Assembly: GCA_002269645.1 (NCBI GenBank)
Contig: NIVC01003278.1
Location: forward strand, 43,534 to 107,533
Origin: Macrostomum lignano
Lineage: Eukaryota
DNA length: 64,000 nucleotides
Reading direction: 5' to 3'
Under the pieces are notes generated by a model. That model saw only the letters and a program-made list of their open reading frames with translations. It was not told the DNA's origin and did no database searches. Below, piece after piece: positions 14,401-24,100 of the stretch (position 1 is its first letter; each line of letters opens with the position of its first letter). Position numbers and translations under genes: made by a program.

Positions 14401-16878
14401 GCCTCTCCCTGCTCAATGAAGTATCCGGACAAAATTAGGCTTTCTACGTTGTAATATTGATTGATGCTCAGTAGCTCAAGTATGCGTAAGGGGAGTTTGA
14501 GCTGTCCATCTCGATGATGATAAGGATGATCGGGTATCGCGGATAGCTCAATACGGTTGAGCTGCTCAAGCGTTGATACGATCGAAACTCGTCGGACAAA
14601 CTTAATAATCAATATTTGTATGGATCAAAGGCCTGTCCTCGCTAAATCGCTTCTGCGCAAGGGTCTCTTAAGATGTTCGAAAGATTATGTTGAACTCAAT
14701 AATGATTTGACTGAGTGACAGATCCAGGTGAATAAGTCACTGCAATGACTTTGATAGTCACATTAGTGACTGATCCAGGTGAATAAGTCACTGCAATGAC
14801 TTTGATAGTCACATTAGTGACTGATGCAGGTGAATAAGTCACTGCAATGACTTTGATAGCCACATTAGTGACTGATGCAGGTGAATAAGTCACTGCAATG
14901 ACTTTGATAGCCACATTAGTGACTGATGCAGGTGAATAAGTCACTGCAATGACTTTGATAGCCACATTAGTGACTGATGCAGGTGAATAAGTCACTGCAA
15001 TGACTTTGATAGCCACATTAGTGACTGATGCAGGTGAATAAGTCACTGCAATGACTTTGATAGCCACATTAGTGACTGATCCAGGTGAATAAGTCACTGC
15101 AATGACTTTGATAGCCACATTAGTGACTGATGCAGGTGAATAAGTCACTGCAATGACTTTGATAGCCACATTAGTGACTGATGCAGGTGAATAAGTCACT
15201 GTAATGGCTTCGAATTTTCAAGTGACTGATCCGAGTGATTACAGGATTTACAGTCAAACCATCACTTCATCCCCTATCTATTCATTGAGTCGGTAGCAGG
15301 TCAGAACACAGTAGGATAGGGATCGAGAGACTCCAGAGTGAGGCGTTGTCAGAGTGTTCATGGCTACTGCGTGAGCGAGACCTATCAGAGTCGGGATCAG
15401 TGTCGCGCAATCTGATCAAATCGTTTAATAATTCAGCTGTTAGTCTACACAACACAAAGTTGTCCAGTGGAGACTTTCCTTGAGCACAATTGTTACCCAG
15501 CGGTACAGGTGCACTAAATCACGGAGATAAAAAAGTCAAACACCCTCTATCTGATGTAATTCATTACCAATAAAGTGAATAACTGATTAGAAAGCATTGA
15601 GATTGTGTTTCTTAATCTTGTCTGAGAGAGTGGATCGCTCGCTTCACTGCTGTAGTTCTTGTTATAAAAGCTTTGATGTCTAATAGAGTTTTGCGCGTGT
15701 TTGCGTGGCCAAGAATACGCCAGGTAGCAAGAGAGGAGGACACTGCAGAATTACACGGGCTGGTTTTGGCAATGACAGATTAGTCCTCAGTAGTAACTAT
15801 AGTGGCCCTGCTCGCCGCCGCCTCTCAGTGCTTCTGTTACAAACTATTCTCCCCTGCTACTCTGAGCTCCCAAAATCTCTAATGTCATGTGTCACGCTAA
15901 CTAGCTGCATTGGTATTTTTTTCTCTACCTTACAGACGCGGAAACTTGGCTTGGAGTAAGCATGACAGAATTGAGGAGGCTCTCCACTGCCTGGCTGTAG
16001 GCGGGACGGTGTGTACGAGTGAGTATAGAGGGGCTTTTGAGGGGATAGCAGCGGCGTTTGATTGAAGCTCCTATTGAGTTTTGATGTACTAGGGGGGGGG
16101 GGCATTGCTGTACTAAATAAGCTGCATAAACGCTGGCATGGAGTGTTTTTTTGGATTTTAAAGAATGAAAACTAACGGTTTAAATATTTAATATTGTACA
16201 ATCAAAATATTTGCCTGTTAAAATATACCTCGTAGGTGTCAGGACACGCTTAAAAAGAGAGTTCAAGAAAATATAATAGAACGGCTAAAGGTTTTTTATT
16301 CGGTGACACTAATTTTAGTGTCAAGACACGCTAAGGTAGTGCCAGGAGAAGCTTACATGTAAAAGGTGTCAGAGGGCCTTAAAATCCGTGTCAGAGGGCC
16401 TTAAAATCCGTGTCAGAGGGCCTTAAAATCCGTGTCAGAGGGCCTTAAAATCCGTGTCAGAGGGCCTTAAAATCCGTGTCAGAGGGCCTTAAAATCCGTG
16501 TCAGAGGGCCTTAAAATCCGTGTCAGAGGGCCTTAAAATCCGTGTCAGAGGGCCTTAAAATCCGTGTCAGAGGGCCTTAAAATCCGTGTCAGAGGGCCTT
16601 AAAATCCGTGTCAGAGGAGACTATAAAATCTGAGTCAGAGAGCCACCTTAATCTCATCAGCTCACCAGAGTCGGCGACTCCTCCAGCGCACTGGAGCGCG
16701 ATGCTCTCAACGATGGTCTCAGCCAACACGGTCTCCATTCGGCCAGTGGCCGAGCTGAACTGACTGATCAGCGAGTGTCGGGTACCGCAGCCCGGATTCG
16801 AACCGGCGCTATTAGACGAGGGCGACGGGCTGCCTACAATGTTCATCCCGGCCCGCTGAGGGATGTTCGACTGCAACT

Positions 16879-16911
<33 letters not shown>

Positions 16912-17722
16912 GCTTTTTTCGAAGTCCGGAGGAGGCTGCACTCCATCTGGATTCAGGAAGGTGGTTGTTAAAGACTGAAGGTTTATAATTTAGTTTTTGA
17001 ATATTCAAGTGTAACAATGTTTGGGAGAGTTTTATAAATAAAAACTGAGCGTCTAACAAACAAATTTTAAAGCTGATCAAAGCAACTGAAAATCGAATTA
17101 ATTTAAACTGATTTCGCATTTATTACGTGCATAGATTGCATGAATTCGTAGAAACAATCATTTTATGCATCAGAACTCACATTCGAGCTTTAAAAGCTGC
17201 GGGCCTCAACTCTTCACTGCTAGTCGAACTTGAGGAACTACTCAGCTGTCTCTGCTGCTGCTGCCGATCGCCTTCGGAGTGGCTTTCGCTGTCCGATGAC
17301 TGCGGAGATCCGCAGCTTCCGGTTCTGTCACGTGGCGCAGCTTTCGGACCGGAAGTTCTAGAAATCGCCGACGAAGTCATCGCTGGCAGGATGGCTGGCT
17401 GACTGCCGCTGCTGCTGCCGCAACCTCCAGTTGGAGATTCCGCGTACGTTGGGCTCGATGCATAACTGGCTTCGTCTTCGTTGAATTGTCGTCTTGAGTA
17501 AGAAGACGGAGAAGACGATGCGGCTAGAGCTAGAAAAGGATCGCCTCGATGGTCTAGAGGCGTTCGCCCAGTCTGAGCGTAGGTCTGTGAGGCTGAGCTA
17601 GTCTTTGTAGTCTTTTGTGCTTGCACCTGATGAGCTGACGAATTTTCGCCGACGGCGTAAAGATTTATTACAGATGGGAAATTTCCATGCTCAATTGATG
17701 ATTCCGAGCTGCTCTGATACAT
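2451..17722 (-). CDS. Otopetrin-family proton channel, spliced, 3'-partial. Exons: 17722-17181 (tentative), ~16974/16946-16666, 13523-13253, 10451-10334, 7723-7522, 2617-2451; continues beyond window start
   Basis: Joined translation QEAFK/ASLANILSGIYCILLCCLGLLIP..FSFE/AFYIYLFVTAIGFMACVYALL..GGLYLRLGAI/VFGIASMIRDG..LSILFTFVQLNFLFFMNAK matches the otopetrin TM1-TM4 pattern (LSxxYxxLL, FYxYL, YLRLGAxxFGxxSMI, FxFxQxxF). GT-AG sites with matching phases (1,2,0,1) from 16666 to 2451. The junction between the two most 5' exons is unresolved. Confidence 0.85.
2833..3350. repeat. Minisatellite, 11-bp unit TATCGTGTGAC
   Basis: Tandem copies visible. Confidence 0.95.
4303..4835. repeat. Minisatellite, 34-35-bp unit (CTCTTCACTTGCCACTCTCTGTGATACCCAATGA and variant)
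   Basis: Tandem copies; a block of a 35-bp variant (TAGTTCCCGACTTTG) sits in the middle. Confidence 0.95.
5322..5932. repeat. Minisatellite, 49/50-bp unit
   Basis: CTTCAGTCACTCTACTGGCCAAGCCACCTCATTGTCACTCTCCTTCATT repeated ~12x; source of spurious ORFs in three frames. Confidence 0.95.
6372..7458. repeat. Minisatellite, ~24-bp unit built on a GATTA pentamer (GAGACTAATGAGTAGATTAGATTA)
   Basis: Tandem copies with variable pentamer number. Confidence 0.95.
7815..8610. repeat. Polypurine/polypyrimidine minisatellite, 14-bp unit AGGGTAGGAGAGAG
   Basis: Almost purine-only on + strand; source of spurious LSYP/LSPT ORFs. Confidence 0.95.
9110..9830. repeat. Compound minisatellite: 20-bp GTTTGTGTGAAGATTTCAAG array, short (GT)n, then 27-bp ATTTTGGGATTGTGTGAATACGCTCGT array
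   Basis: Tandem copies visible; units share a TTGTGTGAA core. Confidence 0.9.
10525..10725. repeat. Minisatellite, 20-bp unit GCTAATCTATAGAATGGATT
   Basis: ~10 near-identical copies. Confidence 0.95.
11028..12210. repeat. Minisatellite, 24-bp unit GAGTTTACTATTGTGTTTATCAAT with 288-bp higher-order period
   Basis: Identical 80-aa spurious translations start 288 bp apart (11048, 11336). Confidence 0.95.
12785..13228. repeat. Minisatellite, 23-bp unit AAAGACACCCGAATCGACGCCCT
   Basis: Tandem copies ending ~25 bp from the otopetrin donor at 13253. Confidence 0.95.
13654..13890. repeat. Minisatellite, 16-17-bp unit GGGATATTTTGAGTAT
   Basis: Tandem copies visible. Confidence 0.9.
14714..15200. 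repeat. Minisatellite, 51-bp unit
   Basis: GTGACTGATGCAGGTGAATAAGTCACTGCAATGACTTTGATAGCCACATTA x ~9.5. Confidence 0.95.
16366..16616. repeat. Minisatellite, perfect 22-bp unit GTGTCAGAGGGCCTTAAAATCC
   Basis: ~11 identical copies, ~50 bp from the otopetrin donor at 16666. Confidence 0.95.
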
Positions 17723-18195
17723 TGATTACCAAATCAGAGCTGCTAATGCAAATCCTCGAGTTAAAAGGATTAAGTAAATGACGCGAAATGTAGCCCTGGC
17801 GGCGTGCACATTTGCTTTGACATACGTCTCGTGCATTGGATTTGGATATAAATGTTCTCAGAAAGTATCGTTTAAAAAACTGCAAGCGCGCTAATGTACA
17901 TAAACATCTCTTGCTTTTTTACACAGTAAATGTAAAATTTATTACTTATTTCTTAAAAAATTTTTCCATTTAGGCCAGAAATTTGTAATTATTATAACAG
18001 CTCTGAGACCATTTTTTAATTTTGTTTTACTAGCTACAAGTTAAAAGAATTTTTTTAAATGTATGAAAGATATCGTGGCGCATGGACCATGATCCTATAA
18101 AAATTCATACCACTCCTTCTTTGACCGTTTTTGTAAGCGCTTCACTGGAAAATATACATAAGGGTGGAACTCAGATTTTATTTTCTGAATTAAAA

Positions 18196-21100
18196 ATGCC
18201 TAAAAACGCACTGGATAGTTCAACACATTCGCCCATGGACTGTCACGTGGGGCTAGCAGACCAGGATCATCTGGAAGAAACTGCTATAACTTCGCTTAAC
18301 GAAACCTACGAAACTCTAAAAGAGCTTGGACGGTAAATAGGATTAATTTCCATTTGTTTTTCTAAAGATGTGTTTGTATATCATTTTATGAAATTGTTGC
18401 TATATTAAAATTTGTTTCTTGCATTTATTGCAGCAAAATTAAAAAAGATTAAATTTAGAATTATAAAATATCTATATAAAATTGATTTTTGATATAATAA
18501 AAAGTTGTGCTGTTTGGTATACAGTATAAAAAATTAGCAATTAAACAAGTAATATTAAACTTTTAACTTAACCTAATTCTAATATAAAAACCTAAAATTA
18601 GCCAAAAAATTCGATTCAGCGCTATTTCTATATGACAGAGGAAACTAAGCCTTTTATGTTATAAAAAATCATTGTAATTATGTAACAATAAAGACTAAAA
18701 TATTTGCTTAAGTGTTTAACAATAAACATTGTTGAAAAAATATAAATAAGCTTCCCAGTTGAAAGCTATAATTGTAAGAAAAATGACATAGAAGTCAAAT
18801 AAAAAACTATTTAATGTTTCAAGGTCTTGCTTAATAGAATACAAAAAACAGTATGATTTTTTAAACTTGAATCTAAAACTTTAAACAACTTTTTTGCAAT
18901 AGCAATAGTGCCATTTAAAAATATTTTAGATATTATATTTGCCAGTCAGCATAAAATAAAATCTTTTAAAATTTTTCTTTGTTTTAATCAGTGGCCGCTT
19001 CGCTAAAGTTGTCGCCGTACGGCACCGCGCCAACGGCAAGCTGTTCGCCGCCAAGCTGCAGCGGTGGCGCAGATTCTGCGGCAACGGGCGCAACATGAAG
19101 AGCATCGTTGACATGGAGCTGAGCATCCTGCGAATGGCGCACGGGCACGCCAGTTTTGTTCAAATGCGCCGTTGCTTAGCAACCAAGCAGGAGTCCGTCA
19201 TTCTGCTCGAGACGTGCCAGGGTGGCAGTCTGCAGGATGCCGTCATCGCGTCAATTGGCGACGATTGCGAGGACTGCAACGGACGAGTTCGTCATCTTTG
19301 AGTTTGATGCTGGGGATCTTTTAGTAGGAGATATTTGAATGGGAGTTATGTTTTTTAAGACACCTGTGGATGAATCTTGAAATTATATTTGAGAATTTCT
19401 GGGTATTTTTAGAGGGTGGAGATATTTTAGAGATCCTGGGGATGGTTAGAGGCATTAGGAATGTTTTAGAGACACTGGGAATACTTTAGAGACATTGGGG
19501 ATATTTTAGAGACACTGGGATACTTTAGAGACATTGGGATATTTTAGAGACATTGGGGATATTTTAGAGCCATTAGGGATATTTTAGAGACACTGAGGAT
19601 ATTTTAGAGACATTGGGGATATTTTAGAGACACTGGGGACAGTTTAAAGGCCTTAATGATTTTTTAGTGATATTGGGAATATAAAGATGCTTTAGGAGTT
19701 TTTAGAGACACTTTAAGAATATCCTAGTCGATTCTGGTGAGTTTAATCGCTCTTATACGCTCGTACACAATCAAATTCCGCCACCATCAAAAACACCAAC
19801 AGCAGCATCAGCAGCAGCACGTGGAGTTTTGCCGTCTGGCGGCTGCTCGGCTCCTGGCCGGCCTGGACTTCCTGCACAGCAGGCGGATGTGCCACCTGGA
19901 CGTGAAGCCCTGCAACCTGCTGCTTCGCCGGCCCTACCCAGACTGCGACCTGTGCATGTGCGACTTCGGCTTGGTCAAACGGCTGGGCGACGACGCCTCC
20001 AACAACGTCACGATGGACGGCACGCCGGACTACGCCGCGCCGGAGGTGCTCAACTATGAGCCGATTAGCACCGGTGAGAGACGCAAGCAGTTAGTTGTCA
20101 TTGCGGCGCACATTGAGCATAGAGTTTCTCGGGGATGATAGTCCGAGAGTGACAGTTTGAGAGTGACAGTTTGAGAGTGACATTCTGAGAGTGATATTCT
20201 GAGAGTGACAGTTTGAGAGTGACAGTTTGAGAGAGACATCCTGAGAGTGGCAGTTTGAGAGTGAAATTCTGAGAGTGACAGTTTGAGAGTGAAATTCTGA
20301 GAGTGACAGTTTGAAAGTGACGTTCTAATAGTGAATGTTTAAGAGTGAATCTCTAGGATTGACACTTTCGGTGCGCAATCCTATGAATGGGATTCAAAAA
20401 TAGTTTTCTAAGAGGGACTGTAGAGTTAAAATTAAAACCGTTATTGTCATTTTAAAAATGAAATTCTCCAAGTCAAAAATCAGTCAAAAATTGCAAGTTT
20501 AAAAACCATGCATATTTGTCGACACACGCGTTGCAAAAAGCATTTTTACTTAGTAAAAATTCGATGAATGAAGGAAAGCGACCGAACAAGTACAAACGCA
20601 TGTCAAACGCTCCTGACAATGTAAGCGTTCGCTATAAAGATGAATGACTATTTTTGGTAGCCTGTCGAATTCTTTTGAAAGTTCCTTTTCGCCTCTTCTC
20701 TCTTCTCCGTTATACCGGAACAACGGGTAGACAGAGATTCCCAGCTTTAGTCACAGAAAAATCAATGACAGACACATTTAACAGCTTTGCTTGGCCATAT
20801 TCTAACTGCATCTGCAGACTCTCGAAGTTATATGGATGAGGTACAGCTGTTGTGTTCTGTCGTGAGACTGTCGTTCGCAATGTGTTTCTGCCCCCCAGAT
20901 TGCATCCCATGCACCCGCCCCCATGACTGCTGACTGCATATTTGTCGTCTGCTGCATGTCCCTGTCTTTTACACATCCACACGAGCTGTGCAACCGGAGG
21001 AACTAGCAGCAGAGCCTCTATTGATTTGAATATTTTTCTATCTGTCTGTCCGTCTGTCCCCGCTGGCTGCTACACAGGAGGAAGGCGGGCAGCTGACAGC

Positions 21101-24100
21101 TTAAGCTATGCCCCATCATCCCCCCAGCCTCCTCCAAGTCGATCTGCTATACCTATAGCCGCCCCAATCAAATCCCAAGCTTTGCTTTGGCATGCCAGGG
21201 CATGACCCTGGCATGACCGTGGTGTCCTGCCGCAACCCCTGGAAATGCCGCGAACTTTTGCATACCTGAACAGCCTTTTCCTTCAGGTTCAGGCCATACC
21301 TCAGGACTGTGCAAAAGGATTTGTTACTCCACCCACGCGAAAGATCTTCTTTTTGGACGATTTTTGATTGGTTTATTTTTCCTTTTTTCCGTGGCCTTGA
21401 ATGCAGGGCGATCTCGAGCGAGAATATGGAGTGAAAAACCTTGTATAACATCCTCATTTTTAGGGCACCATTACTCCATTAGGCTTACTCCAGCCTTCCA
21501 TTGACTGAGGCTTGCTCAAAGTGTAGTTGCTCAATGGGAGTTGCTGAGAAGCCATGGCTCAATATGGGAGTTGCTGAGATGCCAAGGCTCAATAGGGAGT
21601 TGCTGAGATGCCATGGCTCAATGGGGAGTTGCTGAGATGCCAATTGGCTCAATGGGGGGAGTTGCTGAGATGTCATGGCTCAATGGGGAGTTGCTGAGAT
21701 GTCATAGCTCAATGAGGAGTTGCTCCAGAGATGCCATGGCTCATTGGGGATTTGCTGAAAGCTGTCCTTGAGACCTACATGTAGCCAAGAAATCAATTTT
21801 GTTGATGTTGTTGTTGCAGTTGTTTCCGTTATTTTTGTGTAATTTTTTTGTTTTTATTGCTGTTGCGTAGGCGGATTGAGATTCTCCCGTTGAGCCTGAG
21901 GAGGGAAAGGTCCAGGCGTCATCCCGAGGGCGGGGACGGTTAGTCCAGCGTCATCCCAGCCAATTCCCGGATTTCCCGCGGGTTCTCCGTATCGGCTGTT
22001 TTTTGTTTTAGGCATTCCAGATTTTCATGCAATAAGATCGCTTTGGCTCTAATGCACGGTTGTTGCCGCAGGTAGCTAGTGTAGTACGGATATATTCGGG
22101 ATTTATTAAACTTGGGTGTGGAAATTTCGACAATTTTCCATCCTTACCACAGCTTTCTTTCACCCCGGAATGCGGTCATCTCCCCATCTGTCATCCGTCA
22201 GGGACTTCGAGATTACTCAGATTGGAAACCGCGTTAGAATTGTGAATCGATCTTTTAAAAAAGTCAATAATATTAAAAAAACGAAACAACAAACAAGCAT
22301 TGATTGTTTTAAAATTATACACTGTAAACTAAGTAAATTTCGTGAATTGGTGGATTAATTCACTTTTATTAAATATTTGGTATTTATTAGACTTCTGCTC
22401 AACTTATAAATTAGAAATTAGAAAAAAGTCATTATAATTACGTTACAATTTTATAGATTAAAATTTACATCAAACAAGAAAAAAATCTGCATACAGCTGA
22501 ACAAAAAATTAGCTTTGAATCTTTATTTCTAATATTTTTCTATTAATTACACGTATGAATAATTTTTGTAGCCTTGTAACCGATCGAGTTATAATTTTCG
22601 CTTTTTTATGTCATTGATAACTAATGCCAAGTTTCAAGTCCAGGTGTCTATATAGCCTAGACGTCCATGCAGTAATTCTGGGGCCACGCAAGAACATCTG
22701 TATCTAACGGTATGCCTTGGCACTTGAAGCCTAGTGCGCATTCCAATGTATCATTCGGTCGTAAAAACATCGTTCCCTATTTTACGACCCTCCAAGGCGA
22801 ACCCGCAGCAAGTAGTATCTGTATGTATATAATAACCCATTTCCAAAGTTCGCCAAAGCACTAAAATCCAAAGATTTTGGCATCAGCGCGAGATTGCGCG
22901 GATCTGAAATTTTAAGCGCATAAAGTAGTTTATGTTTTTTTTTAATGGCATCCCTCCCTGTCAAAGCGCATTGCGCTCGTATATGTACATAAAAATGTGT
23001 ACACTCGCAATCGTAGAATGGCATTTGAAAGTTTTCGCTGAGGTGAATTTTTTTTGAGATGAATAAACAAGGTGAATTTTTTGGAGGCCGTTTTAATTGT
23101 TTGTAGCTTCTTTGTAACAGTTTTGAAGTTTAAAACAAAATTAAATTAAATAGAATTAAGTAATTATTAACAGCCATTCGATCCTTAATAATGATGTGGT
23201 ATTATATATAGTTACTGCGAGCGTATATTATTTGGAATGACATATTTAATGTCCTACTGACATGCATACATGTAGTAGATGCAATTATTTCAGGAAGAGA
23301 TAATACTTTGCTATATAAGAAAGTATAATTTGGGTTTCACTCAAATCGCTACTGGATGACACAGTTATGAAAATTTCGCGAGTTTCACAAAACAAATTTA
23401 TTTTAACAGTTGTCTTTTGAACTTTGTTTTAATCCAATCAAACTTTTGAACATTTTCAATTAAGTCACAGTTTTTCCATTGCGGTCAAAAATTTTCTAAA
23501 AATATTTAGCCTTCATAAGTTTTCCAAGAAACTATTGTCCCATCCACGTGATCCGCGTACTTCTAGTTGTCTTTGACTGCTGCACCAGCTATCCGGCTAA
23601 GAATCAGGCATCAATTTCCGCCCAAAGGAATGCAGAAAAGAACTTTAGTCAAAGTGCTGATCCTAGAAAGCCATCACACGTGATTTTACTATAGCTAGGG
23701 CTAAAAATACTTTTTTTCTGTTCGTTAATCCCGCTTTTGACAGGCAAGTGAAAGATATATCTGCGCTTGCCTGTTAAAATTGATTTGAATTCAAATCAAT
23801 TTTAACAAATCGCGTTTTTGCAGAGCTTCGGTTTATCATATTTTATAGAAGAGAAACCTGCATTTATGCAGTGTCCACAATGCAGCTTTCTACTTAGGAT
23901 CGAAAGCTCCGTAATCTGGTCGCTGATATTTGGAATTGGATACAACACGCCATCGCTCTGACTAACTCAGATCATTTAAACAAAAAGCACTTATTCAACT
24001 CAGATTTTAGGAGATTTCTTAGACTTTATTTTAATATTTGTATCCTAAAGCTAAACCTCCAAGTATAATTTTAACCATTAGAATATTATTATATTGGCAT

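Noticed and set aside
14394-14612. 72-aa ORF ending at a GTATGA donor as an extra otopetrin exon
   Set aside because: No compatible upstream acceptor without an in-frame stop; exons 16666 and 13523 already join in phase
14696-15199. 167-aa ORF of 17-aa repeats (TYSPASVTNVAIKVIAV), superficially like Pol II CTD or antifreeze repeats
   Set aside because: 51-bp intronic minisatellite; no splice or flanking coding support
15857-16105. 82-aa Pro/Ser-rich ORF as an otopetrin exon
   Set aside because: No convincing phase-1/phase-1 splice pair identified; not needed for the frame
1393-16616. Regular arrays as possible CRISPR loci
   Set aside because: No unique spacers between repeats; eukaryotic context; no cas genes
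17746-17753. ATGCAAAT octamer in the divergent promoter
   Set aside because: A single 8-mer in AT-rich DNA is expected by chance
21116-21457. 113-aa minus-strand ORF with a YGL..QVCK segment, possibly transposase-derived
   Set aside because: No catalytic motif, TIR or TSD found; cannot assign
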